From positions 1,280,001 through 1,344,000 of the forward strand of contig JBDRZU010000001.1 of the NCBI GenBank assembly GCA_039804105.1: a DNA stretch of 64,000 bases. The letters are read 5' to 3'. This DNA is from a candidate division WOR-3 bacterium (lineage in GTDB: Bacteria; Hydrothermota; 32-111). A model generated the notes under the pieces. That model did not search any database, had not been told where the DNA came from, and worked only from the letters and a program-made list of their open reading frames with translations. Positions 25,834 through 40,916 of the stretch are shown piece by piece. Positions within the stretch are counted from its first letter, which is position 1. Each line of letters begins with the position of its first letter. Both the position numbers and the translations under genes were made by a program.

Positions 25834-26639
25834 TTTTTAAGAAGCAAAATACGGACTGCAACAATAAATAGGGCAACCGAAAGAAAATATAAAAGAAATT
25901 CATCTTTGACTTTTTTTGAAAGTTTTGCTCCAATCTGAGCCCCTGGGATTATTCCGAGAATAAGAAAAAAAGAGTTCAAAAGAATAAATTTATCGATACC
26001 GGATAGTATATGGGTTAAAACGCTAACAAAACTCATCACCATCAGAACAAAATGTGATGTTGCGGTCGCTATATGAGGTGGGAAGCATAAAAGTTTTATC
26101 ATAAATGGAACATGTAATACTCCACCACCGATTCCAAAAATTGGTGAAAGAAAACCGACAATAAAACTTAAAATTAAACCTGTTAAAAGATTATATGAAA
26201 ATTTAAACTCATTATCAAATCCATCTTTGATATAACAAGTTTTTAAAAAATTAGAAAAATTTTTCTCATTCTGTTCAATTCTTTTAAAGAAGAGTAGAAA
26301 TAAAGTTATAAATATCAGAAAAATTCCAAATATGAGATTATATCTTTCTCTGTTTATATGGTTTGTTATAATTGTTCCAGCTATAGAACCTGGTATGATT
26401 ATCAAAGAAAAAAGGAAAGCAGTTTGAAGTTCAACCCTTTTCATTTTTAAATATGCGTATGTTCCTGAAAGTGAATTGAAAAATATTGAAATCATCGATA
26501 TAGATGTTAACTCTTTTGGTGTTTTGTTTGAAAAGTATACCATCATAAAAGGCATCAATAAAAATCCACCACCAGCTCCCATAAGAGTTCCTATGATTCC
26601 CACTAAAAATCCAACAGGTATCAAAATTAATATTTTCAT
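25830..26639 (-). CDS. TSUP (TauE/SafE) family transporter
   Basis: GTLMGAGGGF, GIGGG..HVP, ATATSHF, GAQIGA. Confidence 0.85.
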   Translation of the reverse strand: MKILILIPVGFLVGIIGTLMGAGGGFLLMPFMMVYFSNKTPKELTSISMISIFFNSLSGTYAYLKMKRVELQTAFLFSLIIIPGSIAGTIITNHINRERYNLIFGIFLIFITLFLLFFKRIEQNEKNFSNFLKTCYIKDGFDNEFKFSYNLLTGLILSFIVGFLSPIFGIGGGVLHVPFMIKLLCFPPHIATATSHFVLMVMSFVSVLTHILSGIDKFILLNSFFLILGIIPGAQIGAKLSKKVKDEFLLYFLSVALFIVAVRILLLKN

Positions 26640-26718
26640 AAACAAGATTATAACAGACCTTTTGAAAATTTAAAAGAAAATTTACATAATTGACTAATGT
26701 AAAATATAAAATATACTT

Positions 26719-28162
26719 TATGATTAGTATGGATAATTTAAAAAAATTTTTTGTTATCTTTTCACTTATTATTATTTTTATAAACATTTTATTTTCAAGT
26801 GAAATCACAATTTCAGATTATTATTACAAAACAATAGAAGCGGGCGAAAGATTATACATAAATGGGCTATATGGAGTAGAGAGTTATTCAATAGATTTTA
26901 ACAGAAAACTTTTTTCAGATGGTGGAGTTTTAAAATTTGAAGGTGATAGATTACTTGTTGGAAGTTTGAGACAGGATCTTATTCCTGGAACCGTTGATAC
27001 TATAATATTTTCAACAAAAGAAGGAATGGAATATCTTGAACTAAAGATCTCCCCTTCAGATTTTGACCTAAGAATTGATAGTGTTAGAAGTTCTGTTAAA
27101 GGAAGAGTTTTGTTTTTTTATAACAACAATTTCATAAAAAATGGAATAGATTCCTTGTTCTTATTGTATGAATCAAACGAGAATTTTGTTTCCCAAAAGA
27201 TCTTTTCAATTCTTGAAGATAGCTCTAACGATAATAACTCTTTTCCTTTTGAAATAAAAAAACCTGTTGATGAAAAAGATTATTCAATTTCTTTGGTTAA
27301 ATTTACAGGGTCACTCTCTGATACTTTTTACTACCTTGAAGGTTTTACAACAAAAGCAAAAATTGAGAATTTCGTTTATCCCTTTCTAATGGATTCGAGA
27401 AGTAAAATGGTAACAGATAACATCACAGGACTTTATTCAGATTTCAATTTTGATTTTATAAGTACATTTTATAATTATGAAATTCCATCAGAATCGATTA
27501 TTCAATATGATTCAAAATATTTTGTTTATTTGAATGTTGATGGTGGGAAACTTTTAAAAGAAACAAAATTTCTATCAGAACTAAAAGAGATATCAAAAAA
27601 GGTTCCAACTTTTATATTTACAAGAAACATAATACAATTTTTAAATCTACCTGAAAACAGGAGTTCAAAGGATTTTTTAGAGTTGATGTTTGGTATAGAG
27701 TTTAGAGAATATGATGAAATAGAGCAAAAAGAATTTTTACTCGATCCACTTGATAATGAAGATGTAGAATTTTTCTGGGACAAAAGTGTTAATGATTACA
27801 GTGCATATTATCTATCCGATACAATATCTTTTTTTATGTATCTTCCAAAAAATTTGAACATTGATATTCTTGATCAGATTTTAAGAAATGCAAAAAACAT
27901 CAAAAAACAAGAAATCTTTGGAAAACTCTCTTCAATTATAGAATTTGAAAATCCTGATAAAAACGAAATAAAAATTTCCTATTATGATAATAGAGGAAAT
28001 TTTATTGGAGAAGTATTTCAAGATATAAATTATTTAAACATAGTTCTTCTTGATATCTCAAAAACCTTTAAGCAGAATTTTGTTAGTGGTGATGGATTTT
28101 ATATTTATAAGGTCTATTCAGGTGGGGAAGAAAAAAGAAAGGGTATATTTTTAGTATTTTGA
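26719..28162 (+). CDS. Hypothetical secreted protein, possible FlgD/CTD-like C-terminus
   Basis: Signal peptide; C-terminal YYDNRG...GFYIYKV...KGIFLVF. Start codon uncertain (26719 or 26728). Confidence 0.6.
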
Positions 28163-28209
28163 TTCTTTTATATCCTTGACAATCTTTCTTTCGAACTTAA
28201 ATTGAAATA

Positions 28210-29436
28210 ATGGAAAACATTATAAAACTTGTTATTTCTTTACCAGGATTATCAATTTTTTATTCAATGTCAGAATATCTTTTGATTGGTTTTTTAGCAG
28301 CAGGTATTGCAAAATTTTTTGTTTCTGAAGATCAAATATATAAAAATTTATCTGGCAAAAGATTTTCAGATATTTTTAAAGCAGCAGTTCTTGGAGTTCC
28401 AATTCCAGTTTGTTCATGTGGAGTTATACCTCTTGTTGAACATTTAAAAAGAAGTGGTGCTTCAAAAAAATCAATAGTTTCTTTTTTAATCTCAACACCA
28501 ACAACAGGTTTTGATTCTATTCTTGCAACATATTCTCTTTTGGGGCCAATTTTTGCTGTTTTTAGACCAATAAGTTCTTTTTGGGGTGGACTGCTTGGGG
28601 GAACACTTGTCAAATTTTTTGTTAAAGAAGAAGATGTTGTAATTGAAAAAGAAGTAAAAGTATGTGAATATTTAGATGGAAAAAATAGAAATTTAAAAGA
28701 AAAATTTTTACAATCCTTAAAATATTCATTTTTTGAATTGGTTGAATCAACTGGGAAATGGATAATTTTGGGAATAGTTTTAGGAACATTGATCTCCTTT
28801 CTTATACCCGATACTGTTTTTAAAAACTATTTTTCAAATAGATTTCTTTCATATCTTTTTATGATGTTTGTTGGAATTCCTTTGTATGTTTGTGCAACAG
28901 GTTCGATTCCAATCGCTCTTTCTCTTATCTTAAAAGGTATTTCTCCTGGTGCTGCTCTTGTTTTTTTGATTACAGGACCTGCGACCAATAGTGCAACGAT
29001 ACTTTTTGTTTTAAAAAGATTGGGGAAAAAAACACTTCTGGTATACTTGATTTCTGTTGTAATAATATCAATTGTTTCTGGTTTTATTCTTGATCTTATT
29101 TTTAATAATTTTGATTTTACAATACAAAAGAACATGCATAGCCATACACAAGAGATAAATTATTTGAAATTACTTTCTTCTTTAATTTTGATCGTATTAA
29201 TTTTAAGACCATATTTTATAAGAATCTGGAGGAAAAAGATGGAAGGTAGAAAATTTTATGTTCCGGATATATCGTGTTCTCATTGTGCTAAAACCATAGA
29301 GAATAGTGTTATAAAAGTAAAGGGAGTAAAAAAGGTATTTGTTGATATTAAAAGGAAAGAAGTTTATGTGCAAGGAGAGTTCGACAACTTAGAAGTTGAA
29401 CAGGCGATCAGGGATGCAGGATATACTCCACAATAA
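28210..29436 (+). CDS. Permease (DUF318/ArsP, SO_0444-like metal efflux) with a C-terminal HMA domain
   Basis: GVPIPVCSCGVIP, FLISTP.TG.DSI, PLYVCATGSIP, GPATN; C-terminal DISCSHC...AGY. Confidence 0.85.
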   Translation: MENIIKLVISLPGLSIFYSMSEYLLIGFLAAGIAKFFVSEDQIYKNLSGKRFSDIFKAAVLGVPIPVCSCGVIPLVEHLKRSGASKKSIVSFLISTPTTGFDSILATYSLLGPIFAVFRPISSFWGGLLGGTLVKFFVKEEDVVIEKEVKVCEYLDGKNRNLKEKFLQSLKYSFFELVESTGKWIILGIVLGTLISFLIPDTVFKNYFSNRFLSYLFMMFVGIPLYVCATGSIPIALSLILKGISPGAALVFLITGPATNSATILFVLKRLGKKTLLVYLISVVIISIVSGFILDLIFNNFDFTIQKNMHSHTQEINYLKLLSSLILIVLILRPYFIRIWRKKMEGRKFYVPDISCSHCAKTIENSVIKVKGVKKVFVDIKRKEVYVQGEFDNLEVEQAIRDAGYTPQ

Positions 29437-29492
29437 ACTTTTAAAGTTGATATTTTTTTACAATAATTTATAATTTTTAGTAAGAGGTTTTT

Positions 29493-32400
29493 ATGAATAA
29501 AAAAATTCTTTTTATTTTTTTATTGTTTTTATATATCTTAATCTATTCAGAAAAATTGGAAATAAACTTTCAAAAGGAAAATGATCTTAGAGAGATCAGT
29601 ATTTTAAAAGTAATGGAAAACAAATTTAATGTTAACCTTCCATCTTATATTATATTTTTTAAAGATAAGTCAATCAAACTTCAAAATGTTGAATTTGAAA
29701 ATTTGTCTGAGATAAAAGATTATAAGTTAGTAAATTTTTTCCAACAACCGTTATCTATAAGAAAAGTTGAACATGAAAAGTTATTCAAAGGAGAATTGAA
29801 AGAATATTTTCAGTATTCTCCTTCTAATAATTCTATAAAAATATTTCCATATTTTATAAAAGATGGAAAAATATTTTCATATGAGAAAGCGATTATTTCC
29901 TATTCAAAAGGTTTCCCCTTCAAAGAAAAAGAAAATTCTTTGTATGATTATCTTATAATAACTTCAATAAAATATGATACTGTTTTTTCACGCCTTAAAG
30001 AATGGAAAATAAAAAAAGGATATAAAACAAAATTAAGTTTCATAGAATCGATACTCCCACACTATTCGGGAGTTGATAGTGCTGAAAAGATAAGGAATTA
30101 CATAATAGATGAATATAACTCAAACAGGTTCAAATACCTTTTGCTTGGTGGTGATAGAGCGATTATACCTGTAAGACGGCTTTATGCTATGAACTGCAAT
30201 GCTGATTATTATCCAGATGAGGATTCAATACCTTCAGATTTATACTATTCAAATCTTGATGGAAACTTTAATTTTGATGGAGATAATATTTGGGGAGAGA
30301 TTGAGGATTCTTCTGATCTTATTCCTGAGGTTATAGTTGGAAGAATACTTTTTGACACGATTTATTATGGTCCATCTCCAATAATATCAAGAATAATAGA
30401 TTATGATCGTGTAAAAAATATTGAGCATCTTTCAAGAGGTGTTTTTCTTGGAATGGTTCTTTGGGATGATCCGATGACTTCTGGTGGAGTTGCAAAAGAT
30501 ATGATAGATAATGATATAATTCCTCAAGATTTTCATCTTTTAAAATTTTATGAAGATTTGGGACATACTGGAAAGGCGGATATTCTTGATTCTCTTGATA
30601 TGGGTTACAACATAGTTAACCACAATGGACACGGTTCTTTTAAAGGGGTATGGGTTGATTATAAAACTGCTATCACAAGAGGAGATGCAACAACTTTGAC
30701 TAACGGAAGTAAAACTGGACTTTTTTATTCAATAGGATGTTGGGTGGGGGCTTTTGATCGAGAGGATACTACCTATATTCTACATTCGATAACAGAAAAT
30801 TTTCAGGATTCTCCAACAGGTGGGTTTATCTCTCTCATAACAAATTCAAGATATGGTTGGGGTGCTCCAGGTTATCCAGGGTATGGTGTTTCTGAGGTGC
30901 TTGATTACAGGTTTTTCCAAATTCTTTTTCAAGAAAGTGAATACAAAAGACCAGCAGAAATTTTAAACCAGGTGAAAAGTGAAATCGAACCTTTTTCGTA
31001 TGATGAGAATCTCTATAGATGGCATATTTATCAGTTGAACTACTTTGGTGATCCAGAACTTCCAATATTTACACAAAATCCTAACAATTTGAATGTATTT
31101 TTCAAAAAGAACACAGATTTTATCGAAATATTTATTAGAGACCAAAACGATTATCCAGTAAACAATGTTTTGGTATGTTTTTCAAAAGATACTATTTTAA
31201 GAAGAGGTATTACTGATGGTAATGGATATATAAGTTTTTTAACAAATGGAATAAATGATAGTGATTACATATACTTTGTTGCGAGCAAGGTGAATTATAA
31301 AACCGTCTATGATTCATTGGTTTTGAAAAATGTTGGAACCAAATATGTCTCAATCTTTTCAGATAGTTTTTATGCTGGTGCAAACAACTATTTGAAGATA
31401 AAAAATTTTGATCTAACTCCACACAATATTAAACTGGTTTCAAAATTCTTGAACGATGAACTTATTTTGCAGGGTAGTTCAACAGATTCTATAATTTATG
31501 TTCCGCTGTCTTCAGGTGAAATTATAGATACTCTTTATCTTTATATTGATAATGTTCTTGAAGACACACTTTTTTTAAAAATTTATAAATTGAAATTTTC
31601 CGTTGAAAACCTTTACTTTTCAAATTCAAACTTTAATTTAAAAATTAAAAAAGAAAAAAGTCCTGTAGTTGAAAATGCAAAATTCCGTGTTGTTCTTCAA
31701 GGTTCTTACAATCTTCTTGATACTATATTTTTTGAGAATATGGACAGTATTATTCAGAAAACATTTTTCTGTGGTGTTCCAACTGGAGAAAATTATTTAA
31801 AATTTTCTTTTTACATCTATAAAAACGATACACTCCTTGCTCAGAAAACTGATTATCTGAACAATGGAGAATATTCTTTTTATGATGATTTTATCGGAGA
31901 TCTGTCAAAATGGGAGCAGTATACTTCAAATTGGATCATAACAAAAAATCAAAATCTTCATCCGGGAAACGAAACTGGTTATTTCAACAACATGTCTGAT
32001 ACGATAACATCCAAGGAGTTTTATATATATCCTCAAACATCGTGTTCTATTTATATATATGCCAAACTTCCTGTTCTTGAATTTTACAACTCTCAGCCGA
32101 TTTTTGATGTTGATGGTATTTTTATAAACCTTCTGAAAAATGATACAATAAAAATACTTGATTTTATATCCTCAGGAGGTGCATTGACAAAGGATTCATC
32201 TCTTGTTGTAAAGGGATGGAAAGTTTATAATATGAAAGTTGATTCTGTTGAAAAAGCAAAACTGCAATTTGTTTTCAGAAGTGATTCTGTTATCATAGAT
32301 AGTGGAGTTTTTATAAGTTATGTTAAGGTAAAACCAAAATTCTTCTATTCTGAAACAACAGGTATAATAAGAACAGATACAAATGTTATACATAAAGATA

Positions 32401-32603
32401 AATTAACATACTATTTTAAAGGACTAAAAGGTGTATGGAAAGTTAAAGTTTTCTCGATCGATGGAAGAATTATTAAAAATTTCACATTCGAAAACAAAAA
32501 CAGTTTCACTTTTGATTTGAAAAATTTTTCAAATGGTGTATATTTTGTGGTGTTTGAAAACGAAAAAATCTTTTTTAAAGATAAGATATTAATCTTAAAA
32601 TGA
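29493..32603 (+). CDS. Peptidase C25 (gingipain family) with a T9SS-like CTD
   Basis: YLIIT, WKIKKG, YLLLGGD, PSDLYY..LDG, VGRI, NHNGHG, SIGCW, YFGDP; C-terminal VFSIDGR...GVYF. Confidence 0.88.
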   Translation: MNKKILFIFLLFLYILIYSEKLEINFQKENDLREISILKVMENKFNVNLPSYIIFFKDKSIKLQNVEFENLSEIKDYKLVNFFQQPLSIRKVEHEKLFKGELKEYFQYSPSNNSIKIFPYFIKDGKIFSYEKAIISYSKGFPFKEKENSLYDYLIITSIKYDTVFSRLKEWKIKKGYKTKLSFIESILPHYSGVDSAEKIRNYIIDEYNSNRFKYLLLGGDRAIIPVRRLYAMNCNADYYPDEDSIPSDLYYSNLDGNFNFDGDNIWGEIEDSSDLIPEVIVGRILFDTIYYGPSPIISRIIDYDRVKNIEHLSRGVFLGMVLWDDPMTSGGVAKDMIDNDIIPQDFHLLKFYEDLGHTGKADILDSLDMGYNIVNHNGHGSFKGVWVDYKTAITRGDATTLTNGSKTGLFYSIGCWVGAFDREDTTYILHSITENFQDSPTGGFISLITNSRYGWGAPGYPGYGVSEVLDYRFFQILFQESEYKRPAEILNQVKSEIEPFSYDENLYRWHIYQLNYFGDPELPIFTQNPNNLNVFFKKNTDFIEIFIRDQNDYPVNNVLVCFSKDTILRRGITDGNGYISFLTNGINDSDYIYFVASKVNYKTVYDSLVLKNVGTKYVSIFSDSFYAGANNYLKIKNFDLTPHNIKLVSKFLNDELILQGSSTDSIIYVPLSSGEIIDTLYLYIDNVLEDTLFLKIYKLKFSVENLYFSNSNFNLKIKKEKSPVVENAKFRVVLQGSYNLLDTIFFENMDSIIQKTFFCGVPTGENYLKFSFYIYKNDTLLAQKTDYLNNGEYSFYDDFIGDLSKWEQYTSNWIITKNQNLHPGNETGYFNNMSDTITSKEFYIYPQTSCSIYIYAKLPVLEFYNSQPIFDVDGIFINLLKNDTIKILDFISSGGALTKDSSLVVKGWKVYNMKVDSVEKAKLQFVFRSDSVIIDSGVFISYVKVKPKFFYSETTGIIRTDTNVIHKDKLTYYFKGLKGVWKVKVFSIDGRIIKNFTFENKNSFTFDLKNFSNGVYFVVFENEKIFFKDKILILK

Positions 32604-32607
32604 TGGT

Positions 32608-33243
32608 ATGAAACAAAGAATAAAACAACTTTTCATCTCAGGAATTTTAGTAATAGTTCCACTTTTTGTAACTGTATTGTTTATTACTTTTATAATTTCA
32701 AAGTTGGGAGGGTTCTGGGGATTTATTTTTAAAAGTATTCCCTATGTTAGAAATCTCCCTATTTTTGTGATAAATTTTATTGGATTTATTCTTTCAATGA
32801 TTTTAATAATAATTCTTGGTTATATTGGAGAAATGTATATTGGTAAATATCTTATATCTTTCTTTGAAAATGTTCTCCTTTCAACACCATTTGTAAAAAA
32901 TATATATATGCCAACAAAAGAGATAGTCAATCAACTTTTCCAACAAAGAAAAAAATCATTTAAAAGGGTTGTTTTTATAAACTATTTTAACAGGGATATG
33001 TATACCATAGGGTTTGTAACGAATGATGAAAAATGGTTTATCGATGGAGAGGAAGCATTATCAATTTTTATTCCAACATCTCCGAACCCAACTTCTGGTT
33101 TTTTTGCTGTTATAAAGAAAAAAGATGTTATTGAAACTGATTTCACTCTTGAAGAAGCGTTCAATATAATAGTAACAAGTGGTTTGTTTATGAATAAGAA
33201 TGGAGAGATAACAGATGGAAGGAAAGTTAAAAGAGATTCTTAA
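32608..33243 (+). CDS. DUF502 family membrane protein
   Basis: FISGILVIVPLFVT, P.VKNIY, FIPTSPNPTSGF. Confidence 0.88.
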   Translation: MKQRIKQLFISGILVIVPLFVTVLFITFIISKLGGFWGFIFKSIPYVRNLPIFVINFIGFILSMILIIILGYIGEMYIGKYLISFFENVLLSTPFVKNIYMPTKEIVNQLFQQRKKSFKRVVFINYFNRDMYTIGFVTNDEKWFIDGEEALSIFIPTSPNPTSGFFAVIKKKDVIETDFTLEEAFNIIVTSGLFMNKNGEITDGRKVKRDS

Positions 33244-34036
33244 AATACTTTTTGGTAAGAATCCAAATACAAGGGAACAGTTTATAAAAGAGATGATAGA
33301 GGAATCTGAAGAGAAAAAAATAATCTCTGATGATGAAAAGGATTTGGTAGAAGGTATATTTGAACTTGAAGAAACTTTGATCGGTGAAATAATGGTTCCA
33401 AGAGTTGATGTAAAAGCGGTTCCTTTTGATGAGAGTTTAAATGATGTAGTTGAACTCATAAATAGAACTGGAAAATCAAGAATAGTTGTCTATCAGGGTA
33501 ATATTGATAACATTGTTGGAATAATTTACTCAAAAGATATTTTAAGATTTTTTAAAAGCCAAAAAGAACTTTATGCTGTTGAAATAGTTAGACCTCCATA
33601 TTTTGTTCCCGAAACAAAATCTGCCCTTTCAGCTTTAAGAGAGTTTCAAAAAAACCATATTTCGATTGCAGTTGTTATTGATGAATATGGTGGTGTTGCA
33701 GGTATAGTTACGATGGAGGATATCATCGAAGAGATCGTAGGAGAGATTCAAGATGAACTTGAAAAAGAGGACATAGATTATAAAAAAATTGATGAGAATA
33801 CCTTTCTTGTATCGGGAATGATGAACCTCGATGATTTCAACGAAATTATCGGTTCAAACTTTGTTTCTGAAGATGTTAATTCAATAGGTGGTTTTGTTGT
33901 TTCAAAACTTGAACATCTACCAAGAAAGGGAGAGGTAATTACGATTGATAACTATGAGATAAAAATTCTTGAAACTCATAAGCACAGGATAAACAGATTA
34001 CTTGTAAAGGACATAGGAAAGGCAAAAGAAAAATGA
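33215..34036 (+). CDS. CorC/HlyC family CBS-domain protein
   Basis: EIMVPRVD, SRI.VY...DNIVGI, VIDEYGGVAGIVTMEDIIEEIVGEI. Confidence 0.9.
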   Translation: MEGKLKEILKILFGKNPNTREQFIKEMIEESEEKKIISDDEKDLVEGIFELEETLIGEIMVPRVDVKAVPFDESLNDVVELINRTGKSRIVVYQGNIDNIVGIIYSKDILRFFKSQKELYAVEIVRPPYFVPETKSALSALREFQKNHISIAVVIDEYGGVAGIVTMEDIIEEIVGEIQDELEKEDIDYKKIDENTFLVSGMMNLDDFNEIIGSNFVSEDVNSIGGFVVSKLEHLPRKGEVITIDNYEIKILETHKHRINRLLVKDIGKAKEK

Positions 34037-37000
34037 AAGATTTTGTTCATCTACATCTTCACACCGAATACTCTTTACTCGATGGAGCAATAAACCTTGA
34101 TAAACTTATAAAAAGGGCTCTTGAACTCGATTATTCTTCACTTGCGATAACCGATCATGGGAACCTTTTTGGGATAATCGAGTTTTACGATAAATGTGTA
34201 AAAAATGGTATCAAACCGATTATAGGTCAGGAATTTTACATTGTAAAAGATCTTGAAAAGGATAAAAGTGAAAATATTAAGGATGATGATAAAAATTTTC
34301 ATCTTTTAATTCTTGCTGAAAATGATGCTGGTTATAAAAATCTTATAAAACTTTCTTCTGAGGCATATATAAAAGGTTTCAGATATAAACCAAGGATAGA
34401 TTACAACCTTCTCAAAAAACATTCAAAAGGACTGATTGGACTTTCAGCATGTCGAAAAGGAGAAGTACAACATTATATTCTTGAAAACAGATTTGAAGAT
34501 GCTTTAGATGCAGCAAAAAGATATATTGATTTTTTTGGAAAAGATAATTTCTTCCTTGAACTTATGAGAGTTGGTATGGTTGATGATCAACTCATAATTG
34601 AAAAACAGTTAGAGATTTCTGAAAAACTTGGAATCGGTTATGTTGCAACAAATGATGTTCATTATCTTAACGAAGAGGATTATGAGATACATGATGTTCT
34701 TTTGTGTCTTCAGACGGGAACAGTGTTGAGTGATGAAAGAAGATTGAAATTTTCTTCGAAAGAATTTTATCTAAAATCGAAAGAACAGATGAACACCCTG
34801 TTTAAAGATCTACCTCGTGCACTTGAAAATAGTGTAAAAATAGCTGAAAGATGTAATGTTTCAATAGATACTACCGGTAAGAACTTCAAAATGCCAAAAA
34901 TTTCAATTCCCGATGAGTTCGAAAATGAAAAAAATTATCTAGAATTTCTTGTAAATCAGGGACTTGAAAAAAAATTTAAAGGAAATCCACCAAAAGAGGT
35001 TCTTGATCGAGTAAAGTTTGAAATGGATGTTATAGAGAGAATGAATTATTCAGGATATTTTATAATAATCTACAACCTGGTTAAAAAGGCAAGAGAAAAC
35101 AATATTCCAGTTGGACCCGGTAGAGGTTCTGCAGCAGGTTCACTTGTTTTATATCTTCTTGATGTAACTAAGGTGAATCCGCTCGATTATGGTTTGTATT
35201 TTGAAAGATTTTTAAATCCTGATAGAGTTTCCATGCCTGATGTTGATATAGATATTTCAGATAAAGATAGAGACAAACTTATAAACCTTTTGATAGAAGA
35301 ATATGGGAATGAAAATGTTGCACAGATCGCTGCATTCAACAACCTTAAATCAAGACAAGTGTTTACAGATGTTGCGAGAGTTTTTGGACTTCCACCGTCA
35401 GAGGTGAAAAATATTACTAAAAAATTACCTCCAGACATTTCACTTGAGGAAGGAAAAAATGAGATAACAAACTGGAAGGAGTTAACAGGTGGAAAAGAAG
35501 AGTATGAAAAAGTATTAAACTTGGCAATTGGACTTGAGAAGAATAAGAGACATGTATCAAAACATGCTGCAGGAATAGTTATAACTCCTGGACCAGTAAC
35601 AGATTTTGTTCCAGTATGGAAACAATCATCTGATGATAATGGTATAGTAACCCAGTTCGAAAAAAATTGTATAGAAAAAATTGGGCTTGTGAAAATAGAT
35701 GTTTTAGGTCTGACAACACTTTCAGTGATCGAATTCACACTTGATCTTTTGAAAGAAAAGAATATTAGTATTGATCTTTACTCTTTACCTCTTGATGATA
35801 AAAAAACATATGAACTTTTACAGAGCGGAAAGACGATAGGAGTGTTCCAACTTGAAAGTGCAGGGATGAGGGATCTTTTGAAAAGATACAAACCGACAGA
35901 GTTTAACGATATAATCAACATCATAGCATTCTATAGACCTGGACCTCTCGGACCAGAACAGAAAGAAAGTATCATAAAAAGAAAGAATAAAAAAGAGGAA
36001 ATAACCTATAAACATCCAAAACTTGAACCGATACTCAAAGAAACTTTTGGTCATCCACTATTCCAGGAACAGGTTATGCAAATGGCTAACATGCTTGGTG
36101 GGTTCACTTTTGCTGAAGCGGATACTCTGAGAAAAGCGATGGGTAAAAAAGATCCTACAATAATGGATAGGTACACAAAAAGATTTGTTGATGGTGCAGT
36201 AAAACAGGGGATTCCTGAGGAACTCGCTTATGAAATCTTTGAAATAATGGCTAAATTTGCAGGATATGGATTCAACAAATCACATGCAACAGTTTATGGT
36301 CTACTATCATATTTTACAGCTTATTTAAAGGCACATTATCCTGTTGAATATATGTGCTCTGTTATAAATTCATATATATCGAATATCAAAGATATTGTTT
36401 TTTACATCTCTGAAGTTAAAGATATGGGAATTCCGATACTCCCTCCAGATATAAACAGTTCAGATTTTTATGTGAAAGTTGAAAACGATTCTTTAAGGTT
36501 GGGAATGGGTGTGATAAAAAATGTTGGAGAGAATGCAGTTAGAGAGATAGTAAACTCAAGAAACGAAGGAAAATTTAAAGATTTTATGGATTTTCTTTTA
36601 AGAGTTAACACAACAACTGTAAACCAGAAGGCGATAGAATCGTTGATAAAAGCAGGTGTTTTTGATTCTTTGAAGATAAGTAGAGATACACTTTTTGAAA
36701 ATCTTTCACATCTTTTGAATTTAGCACAGAGTAAGAAAAAAGAGGAAGATAGTGGAATGATGAGTCTGTTTGCTTCTGCTGTTGATCCATCTTTTGATAA
36801 TGACTGGAAAAAGAAACTTGTGAATCAAAAAAAGTGGGATAAAGAAACAACCCTGATGTTTGAAAGAGAGGTTCTTGGTTTTTATCTTTCAGGACATCCG
36901 ATAGAAAAAGAAAGAGAAATATATAGATCCATCGTTTCCGCTTCGAACGAAGATGTAAAAGATATGCAGAATGATACTTTTGTTACATTGATGGGTATAG

Positions 37001-37479
37001 TTACAGATTTCTCAAAGAAAAAGGCAAAATCTGGTGTTTACTATGCGAATTTTAAAATTTTTACACTTGAAGGATATCTTGACTGTATGATTTTTTCAAA
37101 CAAACTTGAAGAATACTCAAAAATTCTTTTTGATGATCAACAGGTTATAATTGAAGGTAGAGTTTCTAAAAGTGATAAGGATATTGAGGTTAAAATTGTT
37201 GTTGAAAAAGTTTATACTCTAAACCAGATAAAAGAAATGATCGATGGAATCGAGATAAGTTTACCATCAGATTCTTACAAGAACGGAGAATTTGATGAAC
37301 TTGAAAATGTTTTGAAAAATTTTAAAGGAGAGAAAAATTTGTATTTTAAAGTTTATGATTCTGAACAGAGTTTGATGATAAGATCTAAAAAATATAAAAT
37401 AAATCCAACAACACAACTGTTTTTGAAGATTCAAGATATTTTTGATGTTGATAGCGTTAAATATAGATTTAGGAGGTAA
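34033..37479 (+). CDS. dnaE: DNA polymerase III alpha subunit
   Basis: FVHLHLHTEYSLLDG, GPGRGSAAGS, FERFLNPDRVSMPDVDID, YGFNKSHA; no intein-sized insert. Confidence 0.97.
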   Translation: MKDFVHLHLHTEYSLLDGAINLDKLIKRALELDYSSLAITDHGNLFGIIEFYDKCVKNGIKPIIGQEFYIVKDLEKDKSENIKDDDKNFHLLILAENDAGYKNLIKLSSEAYIKGFRYKPRIDYNLLKKHSKGLIGLSACRKGEVQHYILENRFEDALDAAKRYIDFFGKDNFFLELMRVGMVDDQLIIEKQLEISEKLGIGYVATNDVHYLNEEDYEIHDVLLCLQTGTVLSDERRLKFSSKEFYLKSKEQMNTLFKDLPRALENSVKIAERCNVSIDTTGKNFKMPKISIPDEFENEKNYLEFLVNQGLEKKFKGNPPKEVLDRVKFEMDVIERMNYSGYFIIIYNLVKKARENNIPVGPGRGSAAGSLVLYLLDVTKVNPLDYGLYFERFLNPDRVSMPDVDIDISDKDRDKLINLLIEEYGNENVAQIAAFNNLKSRQVFTDVARVFGLPPSEVKNITKKLPPDISLEEGKNEITNWKELTGGKEEYEKVLNLAIGLEKNKRHVSKHAAGIVITPGPVTDFVPVWKQSSDDNGIVTQFEKNCIEKIGLVKIDVLGLTTLSVIEFTLDLLKEKNISIDLYSLPLDDKKTYELLQSGKTIGVFQLESAGMRDLLKRYKPTEFNDIINIIAFYRPGPLGPEQKESIIKRKNKKEEITYKHPKLEPILKETFGHPLFQEQVMQMANMLGGFTFAEADTLRKAMGKKDPTIMDRYTKRFVDGAVKQGIPEELAYEIFEIMAKFAGYGFNKSHATVYGLLSYFTAYLKAHYPVEYMCSVINSYISNIKDIVFYISEVKDMGIPILPPDINSSDFYVKVENDSLRLGMGVIKNVGENAVREIVNSRNEGKFKDFMDFLLRVNTTTVNQKAIESLIKAGVFDSLKISRDTLFENLSHLLNLAQSKKKEEDSGMMSLFASAVDPSFDNDWKKKLVNQKKWDKETTLMFEREVLGFYLSGHPIEKEREIYRSIVSASNEDVKDMQNDTFVTLMGIVTDFSKKKAKSGVYYANFKIFTLEGYLDCMIFSNKLEEYSKILFDDQQVIIEGRVSKSDKDIEVKIVVEKVYTLNQIKEMIDGIEISLPSDSYKNGEFDELENVLKNFKGEKNLYFKVYDSEQSLMIRSKKYKINPTTQLFLKIQDIFDVDSVKYRFRR

Positions 37480-37480
37480 A

Positions 37481-40912
<3,432 letters not shown>

Positions 40913-40916
<4 letters not shown>

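Noticed and set aside
34033..37479. Intein or split in dnaE
   Set aside because: The length (1148 aa) and continuous motifs match an uninterrupted DnaE.
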